From: an uncultured Acidobacteriota bacterium
GTDB taxonomy: Bacteria; Acidobacteriota; Blastocatellia; RBC074
Direction of reading: 5' to 3'
DNA: 64,000 bases
Assembly: GCA_963796275.1 (NCBI GenBank)
Contig: CAWCKY010000002.1
Coordinates: 544,001 to 608,000 of the forward strand
In this document: in pieces, positions 1 to 10,518 of the stretch
Position numbering within the stretch: position 1 is the stretch's first letter
Layout: each line of letters starts with the position of its first letter
The notes under the pieces: model-generated
Database searches by the model: none
What the model saw: only the letters and a program-made list of their open reading frames with translations
Told to the model about the DNA's origin: nothing
Made by a program: the position numbers and the translations under genes

Positions 1-7
1 ATTACAT

Positions 8-799
8 CTACATCGTCCCACGGATCAGCCCGCCGTCGACCTGCAGGGAAACGCCCGAGATATAACTGGCGCGTTCCGAAGACAGGAAGGCTACGACTTC
101 ACCGATCTCTCTCGGCTCTCCCAGCCTGCGCAGAGGTATCTCGGCAGCGGCCTGAGCGAAATACTGATCCTGCGTGATTCCCCGTTCTTTGATGCGCACC
201 TCGGCGATCGCATATTGTCGATCCGTGAGGATGTGACCGGTAAGAATAGCGTTGACCGTGATGTTGTCCGGTCCCAATTGATTGGCCATCGTTTTGGTCA
301 AACCCGACAAACCCGCTCGCAGTGTGCTTGAGATCGTGAGCTCATCTACCGGTTGCTTGGCAACCAGTGACGTCAAGTGGATGATCCTTCCCCAGCGGCG
401 CGACTGCATACCAGGTATGACCAGGCGCGAGAGCCTGACGACATTCATCAAGGTAGACTCGACGCCAGCCTGCCATTGATCATCGGTCAATTCTTGAAAA
501 CGTTTAACTGGCGGGCCACCTGTATTGGTGACAAGAATATCGACCTGACCGAAACGCTGGACGGTCTGTTGATACCACTTTTCGAGGTCTGCGGTGGAAG
601 CGACATCGGCGACGACAACCATAGTATCTTGTGGGGCATGCGCGGCTACCTCGGATCGCGCTATCTCCAGGGTTTCTGCGCTGCGCGAGCAGATGGAGAT
701 GCGGCAGCCTTCTTTTGCCAGGGCAACCGCACAGGCCTTCCCGAGCCCTTTGCTCGCGGCTGCTATCATTGCGACACGATTATTCAATTCAAGGTTCAT
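8..799 (-). CDS. Short-chain dehydrogenase/reductase (3-oxoacyl-ACP reductase-like SDR)
   Basis: AASKGLG nucleotide-binding motif, VTNTGGP, C-terminal [13 protein letters not shown]. Start placed at ATG 799 (MNLEL); the ORF track extends it to 835. Confidence 0.9.
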   Translation of the reverse strand: MNLELNNRVAMIAAASKGLGKACAVALAKEGCRISICSRSAETLEIARSEVAAHAPQDTMVVVADVASTADLEKWYQQTVQRFGQVDILVTNTGGPPVKRFQELTDDQWQAGVESTLMNVVRLSRLVIPGMQSRRWGRIIHLTSLVAKQPVDELTISSTLRAGLSGLTKTMANQLGPDNITVNAILTGHILTDRQYAIAEVRIKERGITQDQYFAQAAAEIPLRRLGEPREIGEVVAFLSSERASYISGVSLQVDGGLIRGTM

Positions 800-903
800 A
801 GCCGGCAGCTTGCTATAAAAGAAATCCGTCGTCAACCTGAATTAGGGTGTTATTTATACATTGACGCCGTCAACCTAACATCATTTCTCAGTAACTTTAT
901 ATA

Positions 904-1037
904 AAGAAATAGCGTACTTGATTTCGGCATCCGAACACTTGTAAGGGGTTCGACTGAATCACTAGATTTGATTAAAAACCGATATAACAACGTAATCTAA
1001 ATGTCGCGGTGCGACACCTTGAAACAACGATATCTTT
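904..1037 (+). ncRNA. Candidate structured RNA (multi-stem), family unassigned
   Basis: The 5' and 3' ends pair imperfectly. Internal hairpins: CGAAC/GTTCG, TAGATT/AATCTA, TGTCGC/GCGACA. No ORF. Confidence 0.35.
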
Positions 1038-1118
1038 CAATTTTCAGTCGAAGGCGTCAATAATCTGCTGAAACCTGACTACTGGAAACTGAAAAGTATC
1101 TCTGAGGAATTGTTCATT

Positions 1119-1721
1119 ATGAATATAAGACAGACATATGTCGCTTTGCGTTATCTTGCAGGCTCACTTGCGGTCAGTCTGGCACTCGCCCTCGTTTGTT
1201 TCGCCCAGCAGGCTTCCGGTGGCCAGAAACCGGAGCAGCCACTGAAGGAATATCCGAAGAGCCGGATAGATTCCCTTGTGCGTGAGTGGACGCGCGCCCG
1301 TGACTACACAAAAGAGTATCTCGACGCCATGCCCGATGACGGCATCAACTTCAAACCGACTGCCGAAATCCGCAGTTTCGCCGAGCAGATGCTGCATCTC
1401 TCCAATGCGAATTACAATTTCGCCGCACGAGCTTTCGGCGTGGATAATCCCATGCAGGGGAAAAGATTAGAGCAGTTGGATGAGCTGAAGACCAAATCCG
1501 CTCTCACGAAGACGGTAATTGATAGTTACGATTTTATGATCAATACGATCAAAGCTCAGACCGATGCAAAGCTCGATGAACAGATTGCCTTCGCTGGGAT
1601 GAATCGCCCGAAATCGGCGGTGCTGGCTGCTTCATTTGAGCATCAGACTCATCATCGCGGTCAAACGACTATCTATCTCCGGATGAAGGGCGTAAAACCG
1701 CCAAATGAAAAACTTTTTTAA
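1119..1721 (+). CDS. DinB/YfiT-family metalloprotein with N-terminal signal peptide
   Basis: SFAEQMLH and HQTHHRGQ His triad typical of DinB; hydrophobic signal ending CFA-QQ; RBS GAGGA at 1104-1108. Confidence 0.85.
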   Translation: MNIRQTYVALRYLAGSLAVSLALALVCFAQQASGGQKPEQPLKEYPKSRIDSLVREWTRARDYTKEYLDAMPDDGINFKPTAEIRSFAEQMLHLSNANYNFAARAFGVDNPMQGKRLEQLDELKTKSALTKTVIDSYDFMINTIKAQTDAKLDEQIAFAGMNRPKSAVLAASFEHQTHHRGQTTIYLRMKGVKPPNEKLF

Positions 1722-1859
1722 GACATGGTTGGGTGAAGCGGTGCAGTACCGGTAGATTTAGCTCTGCTCGGCAATCGCCTTATTGAAAGGTCGGTAGCGA
1801 TCCCCCTGCTGCATCGCTTGCATGTTCAGGCTGCGTCTTTCAAGATTGCACCTGGAAAA

Positions 1860-2501
1860 ATGCGAATTACCGAGATTTTCTATTCAATTCAGGGTGAGTC
1901 GTCGTTCGCCGGGATGCCATGTTCCTTCGTTCGGCTGACATGGTGCAATTTGCGCTGCACCTGGTGTGATAGCGAATATACTTTCGTAGGCGGGCTCGAG
2001 ATGACCGTCGATGAAGTTATCGAGAAAGTACGCAGCTACGGTTGTAGCCTGGTCGAGATCACCGGAGGCGAGCCGCTGGTACAGAAACGCGAATGTTGTG
2101 AGCTGGTAAAAAGGCTCTGCGAAGAAGGCTATACCGTGCTCATCGAAACCGGGGGGAGTCTAGCTACCAACGATCTCGATCCGCGAGCGATCAAGATACT
2201 CGATGTAAAATGCCCCGGTAGCGGTGAGGCCGAGCGCAACCACTGGGCCAACCTGGAAAACCTCAACCCCCGGGATGAGATCAAATTCGTCATCAAGGAC
2301 CGCACCGATTTCGAATTCGCAATCGATGTCATCAGGAAGTTCAGGCTCGATGCTCGCGAGCCATCAATTCTCTTCTCCCCCGTATGGCAAGAGGTCGAAC
2401 TGACAGATCTCGCTGCCTGGGTTCTCCAATCCGGCGTGCGCAGTCGTATGCAATTACAGATGCATAAATACATCTGGGGCGCAGATGCCAGAGGAGTATA
2501 A
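1860..2501 (+). CDS. queE: 7-carboxy-7-deazaguanine synthase (radical SAM)
   Basis: EIFYSIQGE start, CNLRCTWCD radical-SAM motif, ITGGEP, LQMHKYIW end; adjacent to queC. Confidence 0.93.
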   Translation: MRITEIFYSIQGESSFAGMPCSFVRLTWCNLRCTWCDSEYTFVGGLEMTVDEVIEKVRSYGCSLVEITGGEPLVQKRECCELVKRLCEEGYTVLIETGGSLATNDLDPRAIKILDVKCPGSGEAERNHWANLENLNPRDEIKFVIKDRTDFEFAIDVIRKFRLDAREPSILFSPVWQEVELTDLAAWVLQSGVRSRMQLQMHKYIWGADARGV

Positions 2502-2504
2502 AAG

Positions 2505-2589
2505 AGTTGATAGTTGATAATTGATAGTTGATAGTTAAAAGAGTTATTTCAACTATCAACTATTAACTATCAACTATTAACTATTAACT
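2505..2589. repeat. Inverted array of AGTTGAT/TCAACTA heptamers
   Basis: About 5 copies of AGTTGAT (2505-2538) followed by about 6 copies of the reverse-complement T(C/T)AACTA (2549-2589). Confidence 0.9.
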
Positions 2590-2591
2590 GT

Positions 2592-3272
2592 ATGTTAGCA
2601 GTGGTTTTAGCGAGTGGCGGGATGGACAGTTGCGTGACGACAGCCATTGCCGCAAAGCATTGCGAATTGGCGATGCTGCACATAAGCTATGGTCAGCGCA
2701 CGGCAAACCGCGAGTTGAAAGCCTTCAACGACATCGCTGATTTCTATCACGCTGAAGACAGGATGGCCGCGAGTATTGCGCACCTGGCGCGGATTGGGGG
2801 ATCATCTCTCACTGATATCAGAATCGACGTCAGTCCGGCGAACCTGGAATCGAAAGAGATACCCACATCTTATGTCCCATTCCGTAATGCGCATCTGCTA
2901 TCGATTGCGACCAGCTGGGCTGAGGTCATCGGCGCGCGTAGGATATATATCGGCGCGGTCTCGGAAGACAGCTCGGGTTATCCCGACTGCCGTCCCGAGT
3001 ATTTTGAAGCATTCAACCGGGTTATCGATATCGGCACAAAACCGGAAACGAAGATAGAGATCGTCACGCCCGTGATTGCGTTACGCAAGCGCGAGATAGT
3101 AAAACTTGGTATCGCTCTCGAGGCGCCCCTGCATCTTAGCTGGTCCTGTTACCAGAGCGAGGGCCTGGCTTGTGGAGCTTGCGACAGTTGCGCTCTGCGC
3201 CTGCGCGGTTTTCGCGAAGCCGGGATCATAGACCCGATCCCGTATACGATTTCCGACTCACACAGCAATTGA
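2592..3272 (+). CDS. queC: 7-cyano-7-deazaguanine synthase
   Basis: SGGMDS PP-loop, SYGQR, YVPFRN, GYPDCR, SWSCY...CGACDSC Zn site. Confidence 0.95.
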   Translation: MLAVVLASGGMDSCVTTAIAAKHCELAMLHISYGQRTANRELKAFNDIADFYHAEDRMAASIAHLARIGGSSLTDIRIDVSPANLESKEIPTSYVPFRNAHLLSIATSWAEVIGARRIYIGAVSEDSSGYPDCRPEYFEAFNRVIDIGTKPETKIEIVTPVIALRKREIVKLGIALEAPLHLSWSCYQSEGLACGACDSCALRLRGFREAGIIDPIPYTISDSHSN

Positions 3273-3345
3273 AATCTGATTGGGCGGTAGTTAGAATTGT
3301 CATTCTTCAAAGAGGTATACCTAGCATCACACGGAGGACAAACAG

Positions 3346-4602
3346 ATGAAGATCAGGCATATATTTACGGCCGTTGCGGGCTGCGCATTGATCGCGCTGG
3401 CATCGGTGAGCGCATTCGCGCAGGTGGCCCGCATTGAAGGAACCGTCGTTAAAGCCAACACTACGGAGCCGATTGTCGGCGCCGAAGTGCAGATAGTGCG
3501 GACGGACATCAAAGGTAATTACAACGTTAAATCCGACAAGAAAGGCGGCTTCTTGCACGCGGGCATCCCGTTGACCGGTACCTACACGATCATCGTTTCG
3601 GCGCCCGGATTTCAGCCTTCATTCTTCTCCAGCGTCAGACCAGGCGGCGAGCCAATAAAGTTCGACCTCAATCCGGGCGATGGGAGCAAATTGACCATCG
3701 ACGACATCAAGAGAGTGCAAACCAGTGCGCCGACGGCCGGGGCCGGCGGGAGTGGGGCCAGCGGGGGCAATCAGAAACAGCCCAGCGCCGCTGAAATAAA
3801 GAAAGCCCAGGAGGAGTATGAGAAGAAGAGGGCTGAGAACGAAAAGCTAAAGTCTGACCACGAAGGTATGAAGAAGCTTTTCGATCAGGGCCGCCAATTG
3901 GCGCAGAACAAAGATTATACGGGGGCGGTCACCGCATTCAACGAGGCGGCCAAGCTTGATGCCGATCAGCAGGCTGTCTGGGCCAACCTCTCGCTCGCGT
4001 TTTTCAACCGCGGCGCAACGCAACTGAATGCCGGTCAGCGCGACCCGGCGAAACAGGATTTTGCCGATTCGGTCAATGCGGCATCTAAGGCCATCTCACT
4101 GCTCGACGCACAGACTACCGATCCCGCTAAGGCAAATGATCCGAATCTCAAGAAGAACAAGATCGATTATATTAACCTCAGGATCAAACCGGCGACCGTC
4201 CTCGCCGAGCGATTCGGTGACGCGGCGCAGTCCGAAACAATGGTCAAAGACTACCAGACGATCATCGATCTGAGCGACGATCCCGAGACCAAGAAAACTA
4301 CCAAAGCGAAGATCGCTCAAGTTTACTTTCAGCTGGGCAAACTTCCTGAATCGACCGCAATTTACGAGGAGATACTGAAGGCCGATCCGAACAACCTCGA
4401 TTCGCTTTACGGACTCGGCCTCAGCTATTCACTGGATCCGAGTAAGTCAAAGGATGCCGCGGCCTTATGGCAAAAATTCCTTGAAAAAGCGCCGGCCGAT
4501 GATAGCCGTGTGGCGATGGTAAAAGAAGGTATACAGACTTTGGGCGTACCTCAAATGCCGACACCCAAGGCGGATGAAAAGGGCAGGAGAAGAAAACCCT
4601 AG
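3346..4602 (+). CDS. Secreted protein: carboxypeptidase-regulatory-like beta domain plus TPR repeats
   Basis: Signal peptide AFA-Q; IEGTVVKAN...GTYTIIVSAPGF beta-sandwich; TPR-like helices; RBS GGAGG. Confidence 0.8.
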   Translation: MKIRHIFTAVAGCALIALASVSAFAQVARIEGTVVKANTTEPIVGAEVQIVRTDIKGNYNVKSDKKGGFLHAGIPLTGTYTIIVSAPGFQPSFFSSVRPGGEPIKFDLNPGDGSKLTIDDIKRVQTSAPTAGAGGSGASGGNQKQPSAAEIKKAQEEYEKKRAENEKLKSDHEGMKKLFDQGRQLAQNKDYTGAVTAFNEAAKLDADQQAVWANLSLAFFNRGATQLNAGQRDPAKQDFADSVNAASKAISLLDAQTTDPAKANDPNLKKNKIDYINLRIKPATVLAERFGDAAQSETMVKDYQTIIDLSDDPETKKTTKAKIAQVYFQLGKLPESTAIYEEILKADPNNLDSLYGLGLSYSLDPSKSKDAAALWQKFLEKAPADDSRVAMVKEGIQTLGVPQMPTPKADEKGRRRKP

Positions 4603-4865
4603 ACAGACGGTTTAAACCGCAAAAATCGAGGGCAATACAGCCGGCATCATTTGGAATATCGCCGAATAGGTGGCGGTGTCATGGGGGGGTCAGTGGAGGT
4701 CTATTTGCGGGGGCGCTCCGATTTATAATCGTCTATTATCTATTATCAGACATTATAAATCGCGAATAGGTTCCTCCAATAGCCCTCTAGTCTGAGTATC
4801 GATTTTGCTATAATATACGTGTACGATTTGGCACCTAGAATTGCCCCCAGGCTTTCTAAAACGAT

Positions 4866-6431
4866 ATGGGTCAAGATAATCTGTCAGCAGATCAATTACT
4901 TGAAAGATATCGTCGTTCGCGACAGCGAGCGGTGTTGATTGCGGTGGCTGCTTGCTTCCTCGCTATCGGGGTTATCCTTGGAGCCATACTCACGCGACCA
5001 ACCGATCCGGTCAAGGCCGGGGATGTGGAAGTGACATCCGAATTGTCATCGGCATTCGTCGAAATTGCCAGGCGAGTCGAGCCGACGGTCGTGAATGTCA
5101 CAACCGTAACGCAACCGGCAAAGCGCTCGCCCAACGAATTTCCGACGCAACGCCCATCGATTGAAGGGTTGCCTGGAGGGAACTCTGATCAGGCGCGACG
5201 CGGAAATGGATCGGGAGTAATAGTCGATCCGCAGGGCTACATTCTCACCAACCATCACGTCGTACAAGGCGCGGACCGAATCAAGGTCAGACTATTCGAC
5301 GGAAATGAATTCCCCGGCAGAGTTGTCGGCAGCGACCAGGAGACCGACCTGGCCGTGGTAAAAATCGATCCGTCTATCCCATTGAGTGCAGCCCGAATCG
5401 GTAATTCTGAGAAGATGAGCGTGGGCGACTGGGTGCTCGCTATCGGTTCCCCATTCGGACTCGATCAAACCGTCACGGCCGGGATAATCAGCGCCAAGGA
5501 ACGCAAATCATCGGACCTTTACCAGAAAGTAGGATTCCAGTATTTCCTGCAGACGGATGCCGCGATCAATAGTGGAAATTCCGGCGGGCCACTGATCAAT
5601 CTCTCGGGCGAAGTTATCGGAATCAACACAGCCATCATAACAAGCACCGGGAATTATAACGGCATCTGCTTCGCGCTCGGCTCTTCCGAGGCGATATTGA
5701 TTTACAAGCAACTAGTCAAAGATGGCCGCGTGGTGCGGGGATTTCTTGGCGCAATGACCGAGCCGGTCACCCCACAAATCGCCAAGATATATGGGCTGCC
5801 TATGTCCCGCGGCGCTATCATCAGCAACGTCAACGAGACGATGAATGTGGATGGCAGGGTGGTCGACAGCCCGGCGGCCAAGGCGGGTTTAAAACCGAGC
5901 GATGTCATCATCGAATTCGGCGGAGATCGAATCAAGGACGACTCAGAGCTGGTTCGGCGCGTCGCCTCTACCCCGGTGGGCACCAACGCACCACTCAAAA
6001 TTTACCGTGACGGCAATGAGATGAATTTCTCCGTGACTATCGGTCGCCGTCCGGGCAGCGAGATTCCGATTCGTTCGGCCGCGGTATTGAACAACGCTGG
6101 CGAGCCGCTGAGAAGCCAGAATATTGGCATCGGAATCCAGGGACTCGCGCCGAGCAGGTCCCAACGCAAAGAGATCGACAGTATACTCAAGACTCCCTCC
6201 AGTTCGCGCGGCGTGCTGGTCGTAACTGTCGAGCCGGGCAGTATCGCTGACGACGCTGAGATAAGAATCAATGACATCATCGAGATGATCAATCGCGAAC
6301 CGATCAAAGACAACCAGGACTTCAGGAGAGTGCTGAATCAACTCAAACCAGGCGATCCCATCGTTCTCCAGGTTTATCGTGAAAGTCTTTCTCCCAATTC
6401 ACGAATTTTCCGATCGTTCAATAAACCATAA
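4866..6431 (+). CDS. HtrA/DegP-family serine protease with two PDZ domains and N-terminal membrane anchor
   Basis: GSGVI, TNHHV, DLAVVK, QTDAAINSGNSGGPL catalytic motifs; two PDZ-like C-terminal domains. Confidence 0.93.
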   Translation: MGQDNLSADQLLERYRRSRQRAVLIAVAACFLAIGVILGAILTRPTDPVKAGDVEVTSELSSAFVEIARRVEPTVVNVTTVTQPAKRSPNEFPTQRPSIEGLPGGNSDQARRGNGSGVIVDPQGYILTNHHVVQGADRIKVRLFDGNEFPGRVVGSDQETDLAVVKIDPSIPLSAARIGNSEKMSVGDWVLAIGSPFGLDQTVTAGIISAKERKSSDLYQKVGFQYFLQTDAAINSGNSGGPLINLSGEVIGINTAIITSTGNYNGICFALGSSEAILIYKQLVKDGRVVRGFLGAMTEPVTPQIAKIYGLPMSRGAIISNVNETMNVDGRVVDSPAAKAGLKPSDVIIEFGGDRIKDDSELVRRVASTPVGTNAPLKIYRDGNEMNFSVTIGRRPGSEIPIRSAAVLNNAGEPLRSQNIGIGIQGLAPSRSQRKEIDSILKTPSSSRGVLVVTVEPGSIADDAEIRINDIIEMINREPIKDNQDFRRVLNQLKPGDPIVLQVYRESLSPNSRIFRSFNKP

Positions 6432-6568
6432 ATTACGTCGTCTCCCCCGTACAAGAGATGACATTCTGAACCGATGAAAAAGTAGACAGGAATTACAGGG
6501 TATTTCAAGATTCATTCCGATTCAAATATTCTGATAAATCCATCCTATCTATTTATCGAGGAGGTTAT

Positions 6569-7168
6569 ATGCATTTCCCCCCGCGCAGGGGTACTATGCT
6601 GCCCGCACTCATCACAATTACATTATTCATCACGGGCTTCCTACTGAGCGTCAGCATAACGGTTGAGGGTAATGGCAAGAAGTCGCGGCGAGCTACGGCC
6701 AAATCTGGAAAAAAGAGCGGTAAATCGACAAGCTCGCGCAGCAAGACGGCTCGACGGGGGATAAGTTCGAGAACTACTAAATCCGAGCCACCGCCGATCG
6801 CGTCATATCAAGCGGCTCCAACACTTCCCGACAGAGTAGAGGTAATCGAATATGGTTCATCGGAGTCTGCCGATCTCAAAAAACTTTTGAATATGCCCAA
6901 CTCGAGCGTTACTGCCACCAGCAGCGGATTGGACTCTGGCGATCTCGCCACGCCGACCAGACGCGTCAGCGTCAAGATGGATTCGTCGCGGGTGTTCGAG
7001 ATTCAACAGGCGCTAGCCGGGAAGGGATTTTATCAGGGCGATACAACCGGCATCTACGACGAGTCTACAGTTGATGCAATGCGGCGATTTCAACTTAAAG
7101 AGAAGATTACGGTCACCGGGTATCCGACCGCTCATGCCCTGAGAAGGCTTGGGTTGGCGAGGTGGTGA
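6569..7168 (+). CDS. Membrane-anchored/secreted protein with basic linker and C-terminal peptidoglycan-binding domain
   Basis: N-terminal hydrophobic helix; K/S/R-rich linker; IQQALAGKGFY...GIYD...AMRRFQ...VTGYP PG-binding-1 pattern. Confidence 0.8.
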   Translation: MHFPPRRGTMLPALITITLFITGFLLSVSITVEGNGKKSRRATAKSGKKSGKSTSSRSKTARRGISSRTTKSEPPPIASYQAAPTLPDRVEVIEYGSSESADLKKLLNMPNSSVTATSSGLDSGDLATPTRRVSVKMDSSRVFEIQQALAGKGFYQGDTTGIYDESTVDAMRRFQLKEKITVTGYPTAHALRRLGLARW

Positions 7169-7529
7169 GATCGACGCCTGCGACATACAATATCTGAATA
7201 TTTATGAACCTTCGGTCAGCAATCTTGACGCTAAACCGGATGTCAAACAAATCCGCTGAAGGCTTATGTCAAATACAAGTACGGCGCTGAACGATGTGGG
7301 TGGGTAAGCGTACGACTTTCAAATATTTGAATCTGGAACGCGATCCTAAAGTTGCATAGAGTGATCGATCCTAGCCTGACCCTTTCATGCCCGGAAGACC
7401 TTTGGGTACATCAATCCCCAGCCGATGCTAAAATAAAATTCGCAAGCTCAATGGCGTATAAATTACCGGGAGGTTTGTCTGCGCACCCAAAGATCGGCCG
7501 CCGCCACGATACCTGGCTCGGTGTAACTC

Positions 7530-8219
7530 TTATTTCCCTTTTTTGATCATCAGCAATAACCGTTCCGCGTGATTGCGTGCGATAAGCGGGACGCTTTCGT
7601 CCGTCTTGATCTCTCGTAGAATCGGGACGATGCGTTGCGGGTCGGCGATGTGGTTTGACTTCAATTCATTTTCCAGAAGCCGCATCTGTGCGGGTGTGGA
7701 GATCGGGTCGGTCGAGCGCACTGTTTCTATTTCAAATACTCTGGTCTCCTGTATAGCGATGTTGCGAAAAACTTCTACCAGCCGACTCATGGTTTGATTG
7801 TCGGTATAGTTGAAGCTGGTCGAACGCTCTCTCCCGCTGCGCGCCATCGTGATAGTCATCTTGCCGAGGTGTGAGAAATCTTTCTTATGCTGGTATCCCT
7901 CATTGCCGTCGATGAAATTCAAAGAATCAAACAACGACTGTATCTGCGCTAGAAGTGTGGTAGAAAGCTCTAGCTTATTGACTATTTCATCCCCGCCTTT
8001 GCGGATAAACCGAAATTTGCCGCGCCCTTTTCCATCGAATACCACCTCCTGCAGAGGCGTAGTGAATCGTTCGTTCTCGAAGAGATATTGATAACGAACT
8101 GTAGAAGACTCACCATCGCCATCTGCCTGAGTGACTTCAATTCGCGTCTGTGCCTGGGACGAAGAATAAAGCGTAGAGAGCAACAAAAGCGTGAGGATCG
8201 GTAATATGAATTTCCGCAT
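7530..8219 (-). CDS. Secreted hypothetical protein
   Basis: Signal peptide [23 protein letters not shown]; starts 4 bp after the stop of the upstream M1-like gene. Confidence 0.7.
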   Translation of the reverse strand: MRKFILPILTLLLLSTLYSSSQAQTRIEVTQADGDGESSTVRYQYLFENERFTTPLQEVVFDGKGRGKFRFIRKGGDEIVNKLELSTTLLAQIQSLFDSLNFIDGNEGYQHKKDFSHLGKMTITMARSGRERSTSFNYTDNQTMSRLVEVFRNIAIQETRVFEIETVRSTDPISTPAQMRLLENELKSNHIADPQRIVPILREIKTDESVPLIARNHAERLLLMIKKGK

Positions 8220-8223
8220 ATTA

Positions 8224-10404
8224 TCAATTCGCCTGATCTTCAGGTGTCTTCGCTTGATTCTCAGGTGTCTGCTGTTCGGCCTTCTTCTTTCCAAATGGCT
8301 CTGATAAATATGCCTGCGCAGTCGCCTGGGCATTATCGTAGTTGTTGCCATTGGAGATCGCTTTACTGTATTCGGCGATTGCGCGCTCACGCTGACCGAT
8401 CATATCCCAGCAATTGCCTCGGTAGATATATGAAAAAACCTCTACCCAATCGGGCCGGAGATTTCCGTTCAGAGCCTGATCGAATGCGTCCAGCGCCCTG
8501 TTCCAATTGCGCTGGGTGAAATAGAGGTAGCCGAGGTTATAGTGAGCCCAGGAATTGTTACGATTGAGTTTGATGGCAGCCTGGAATTGCTGTTCTGCTT
8601 CGATGTATTCCTGCTCGCGGAAATGTTCGATGCCTCGCCGAACGATCACACCTTCGCGAAGCTCCGGCGAACTTCGCATGATCTTCGCTCCGGGATCGAC
8701 GAGGACTTCGATCGGCTTGCTCTTACTGGCAATCTCGAAGTCGACCGAAGTACCTTTCATATTCAAAGTCTGCCGCTCGTTTCCCGCTTCCGTGCGCAGC
8801 ATAATTTCGATCGGCATCTCGAAGGTGTCGAGATCCTGCTTGACTGTGCCCGTAACGCGGAAGCCCTCTTTACCGCGAAGTATCCGATAATCCGATCTGA
8901 ATTCAGGGACGCCGGTCGAATCCAGCCACTGGCCGAAGAAGAAGCGCAGGTCCCTTCCCGCGGTTTGTGAGGCCAGCGCTTCGAATTCGTCGAGCTTGAC
9001 GTTCTTTCCCGTATACTTCGTGTAATAGTCGCGCAGCATCGCATCGAACTTCTCTTCACCCATCAACTGTCTCAGCATATTGAAGATGAGAGCCCCTTTG
9101 TAGAACACCACCGAACGATAGTTCGGGGTTTGATCTTCGAGATCCAGGGGTGCTTGCCGGATCGATGCCGATTGCTCGAATGCCAATGCCTTTTCGAGCT
9201 CAGCTTGCATGGTCTGAGTATATTGCGACTCGTTACTATTGTCTTTCTGATAGAGAAGCGTGCTGAATTCCGCCAGACCTTGTGAGAGCCAGCTGTCGTC
9301 GAATGATCTCAGACCGACGGCCTGTCCCCACCATTGATAAGCGACTTCCCGGGCGAGCTTTTCATCGAGCCCGGAGGTCAGCGCGCGCGGCGAAATCAGA
9401 ATAGTTCCGGGGCCCGAGTATATCTCGAGAGTCTCCTCGTCAGTCTCAGCCACTACCATTCTATTGCCGTAAGCGTAACGGCCAAATTTCGACGAGTAAA
9501 ATTCGAGATGCTTGCCGACAACTTCGGCCGCGTGATCGGCCCACTTCTCATCGCCCGCTTTGACATAAAAATCGACCGTAAATCCGCCCTGCGTCGTTGG
9601 ACGATGAATATATTTGGCCGCCGCGAAAGTTCCGGGCAACCCCGGTTTCGTCGTGTTTAAGGTAAAAGTAGAAAACTCTTCCTTGGTCTTCGGGTCGGTC
9701 GATGGAACCGCGAAAACAGGTTGTTCGCTGTACCCCGCAACAAGTATCCCCTTGGGAACTTTGATGTTTATGAGAGCGGTGGAGAGATCGGCGACGTAGT
9801 CGTGGAAGGGATACCAGCGAGCGGAATAGAAGAGATATGACCCTTGCTCACCGACATAAGCGAGACGGGCGTTCGAGATAACCCCTCCCTGCGGCGACTC
9901 GAGCGGCCCTTCATATTCAAACACCAGCGTGATGGGCTGGTTGGCCGGTACTACATTTCCCAGATCGATACGCACGTTGGGCAGACTGTCGCTCTTGTTC
10001 TGTATGAACTGTAACTCCGGCGACGCAGACGCCAGCGCTGCTTCATTCGCCTTAGCTGTTGAATCGGTTGCCTTGCCATTCTTGGCTCCGCGAGTCTTCG
10101 GATCGCGCGGTGCCGGTTTCGTGGCGGGGGCAGTTGTGGCAGCAACCCCGGCGCGCGTTATTCGCTTGACTGTGAGTGATCCATTTAACTCGAAGATGAC
10201 CGACCGCGTCTCAGATTCAGGCACGAATCGCACCTCGGCGCGCGCCTTCAGAAGCTGCGCTGAGGGAACGAGCTCAGCTTCGATCTTGTAGTGTTGAACA
10301 TCGTAATCAGTTCCGCCCTTCTGCGCGTTTTGAGCGCCCGCTCCGAGAATAGACAGAGCAAAAGCGGCGATGGAAACTATCCCAATCCGAAATAATCTAT
10401 TCAT
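8224..10404 (-). CDS. M1 aminopeptidase-like secreted protein with C-terminal TPRs; probably catalytically inactive
   Basis: YDVQHYKI N-terminal domain. The HExxH equivalent reads [10 protein letters not shown] and WLNEG reads WLSQG; [10 protein letters not shown] present; C-terminal TPRs. Confidence 0.8.
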   Translation of the reverse strand: MNRLFRIGIVSIAAFALSILGAGAQNAQKGGTDYDVQHYKIEAELVPSAQLLKARAEVRFVPESETRSVIFELNGSLTVKRITRAGVAATTAPATKPAPRDPKTRGAKNGKATDSTAKANEAALASASPELQFIQNKSDSLPNVRIDLGNVVPANQPITLVFEYEGPLESPQGGVISNARLAYVGEQGSYLFYSARWYPFHDYVADLSTALINIKVPKGILVAGYSEQPVFAVPSTDPKTKEEFSTFTLNTTKPGLPGTFAAAKYIHRPTTQGGFTVDFYVKAGDEKWADHAAEVVGKHLEFYSSKFGRYAYGNRMVVAETDEETLEIYSGPGTILISPRALTSGLDEKLAREVAYQWWGQAVGLRSFDDSWLSQGLAEFSTLLYQKDNSNESQYTQTMQAELEKALAFEQSASIRQAPLDLEDQTPNYRSVVFYKGALIFNMLRQLMGEEKFDAMLRDYYTKYTGKNVKLDEFEALASQTAGRDLRFFFGQWLDSTGVPEFRSDYRILRGKEGFRVTGTVKQDLDTFEMPIEIMLRTEAGNERQTLNMKGTSVDFEIASKSKPIEVLVDPGAKIMRSSPELREGVIVRRGIEHFREQEYIEAEQQFQAAIKLNRNNSWAHYNLGYLYFTQRNWNRALDAFDQALNGNLRPDWVEVFSYIYRGNCWDMIGQRERAIAEYSKAISNGNNYDNAQATAQAYLSEPFGKKKAEQQTPENQAKTPEDQAN

Positions 10405-10518
10405 TTTGTAAGCCCCGCAGTTGTTGATCATATGCAGTAGTTGTGCAGTAGTTGATCAAATGTTGTTGTAGGATTATAGCATCTAGGATCGCTTTTTGAA
10501 GCTAAATGCGAGGAAATA

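Noticed and set aside
940-960. tRNA or tmRNA suggested by GGGGTTCGACT
   Set aside because: No cloverleaf, acceptor stem, CCA end or tag reading frame could be built.
1736-1819. preQ1 riboswitch upstream of queE
   Set aside because: A stem exists (AAGCGGTGCAG/CTGCATCGCTT) but lacks the preQ1-I loop and A-rich tail; it looks more like a degenerate REP hairpin.
1860-3272. queE/queC as part of a 7-deazaguanine DNA-modification or QueC-based defence system (Dpd, Qat, CBASS IV)
   Set aside because: Both proteins look canonical in length and motifs, with no dpdA/TGT, TatD or cyclase neighbours; housekeeping queuosine synthesis is the simpler reading.
4829-4844. Sigma54 promoter TGGCACCTAGAATTGC before htrA
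   Set aside because: GG-to-GC spacing is 11 rather than the required 10 nt; an extended sigma70 -10 just upstream fits better.
7170-7529. Possible RNA or gene in the gap between convergent genes, including ORF 7352-7546
   Set aside because: Only weak hairpins and an ORF with no RBS or recognisable motif; insufficient support.
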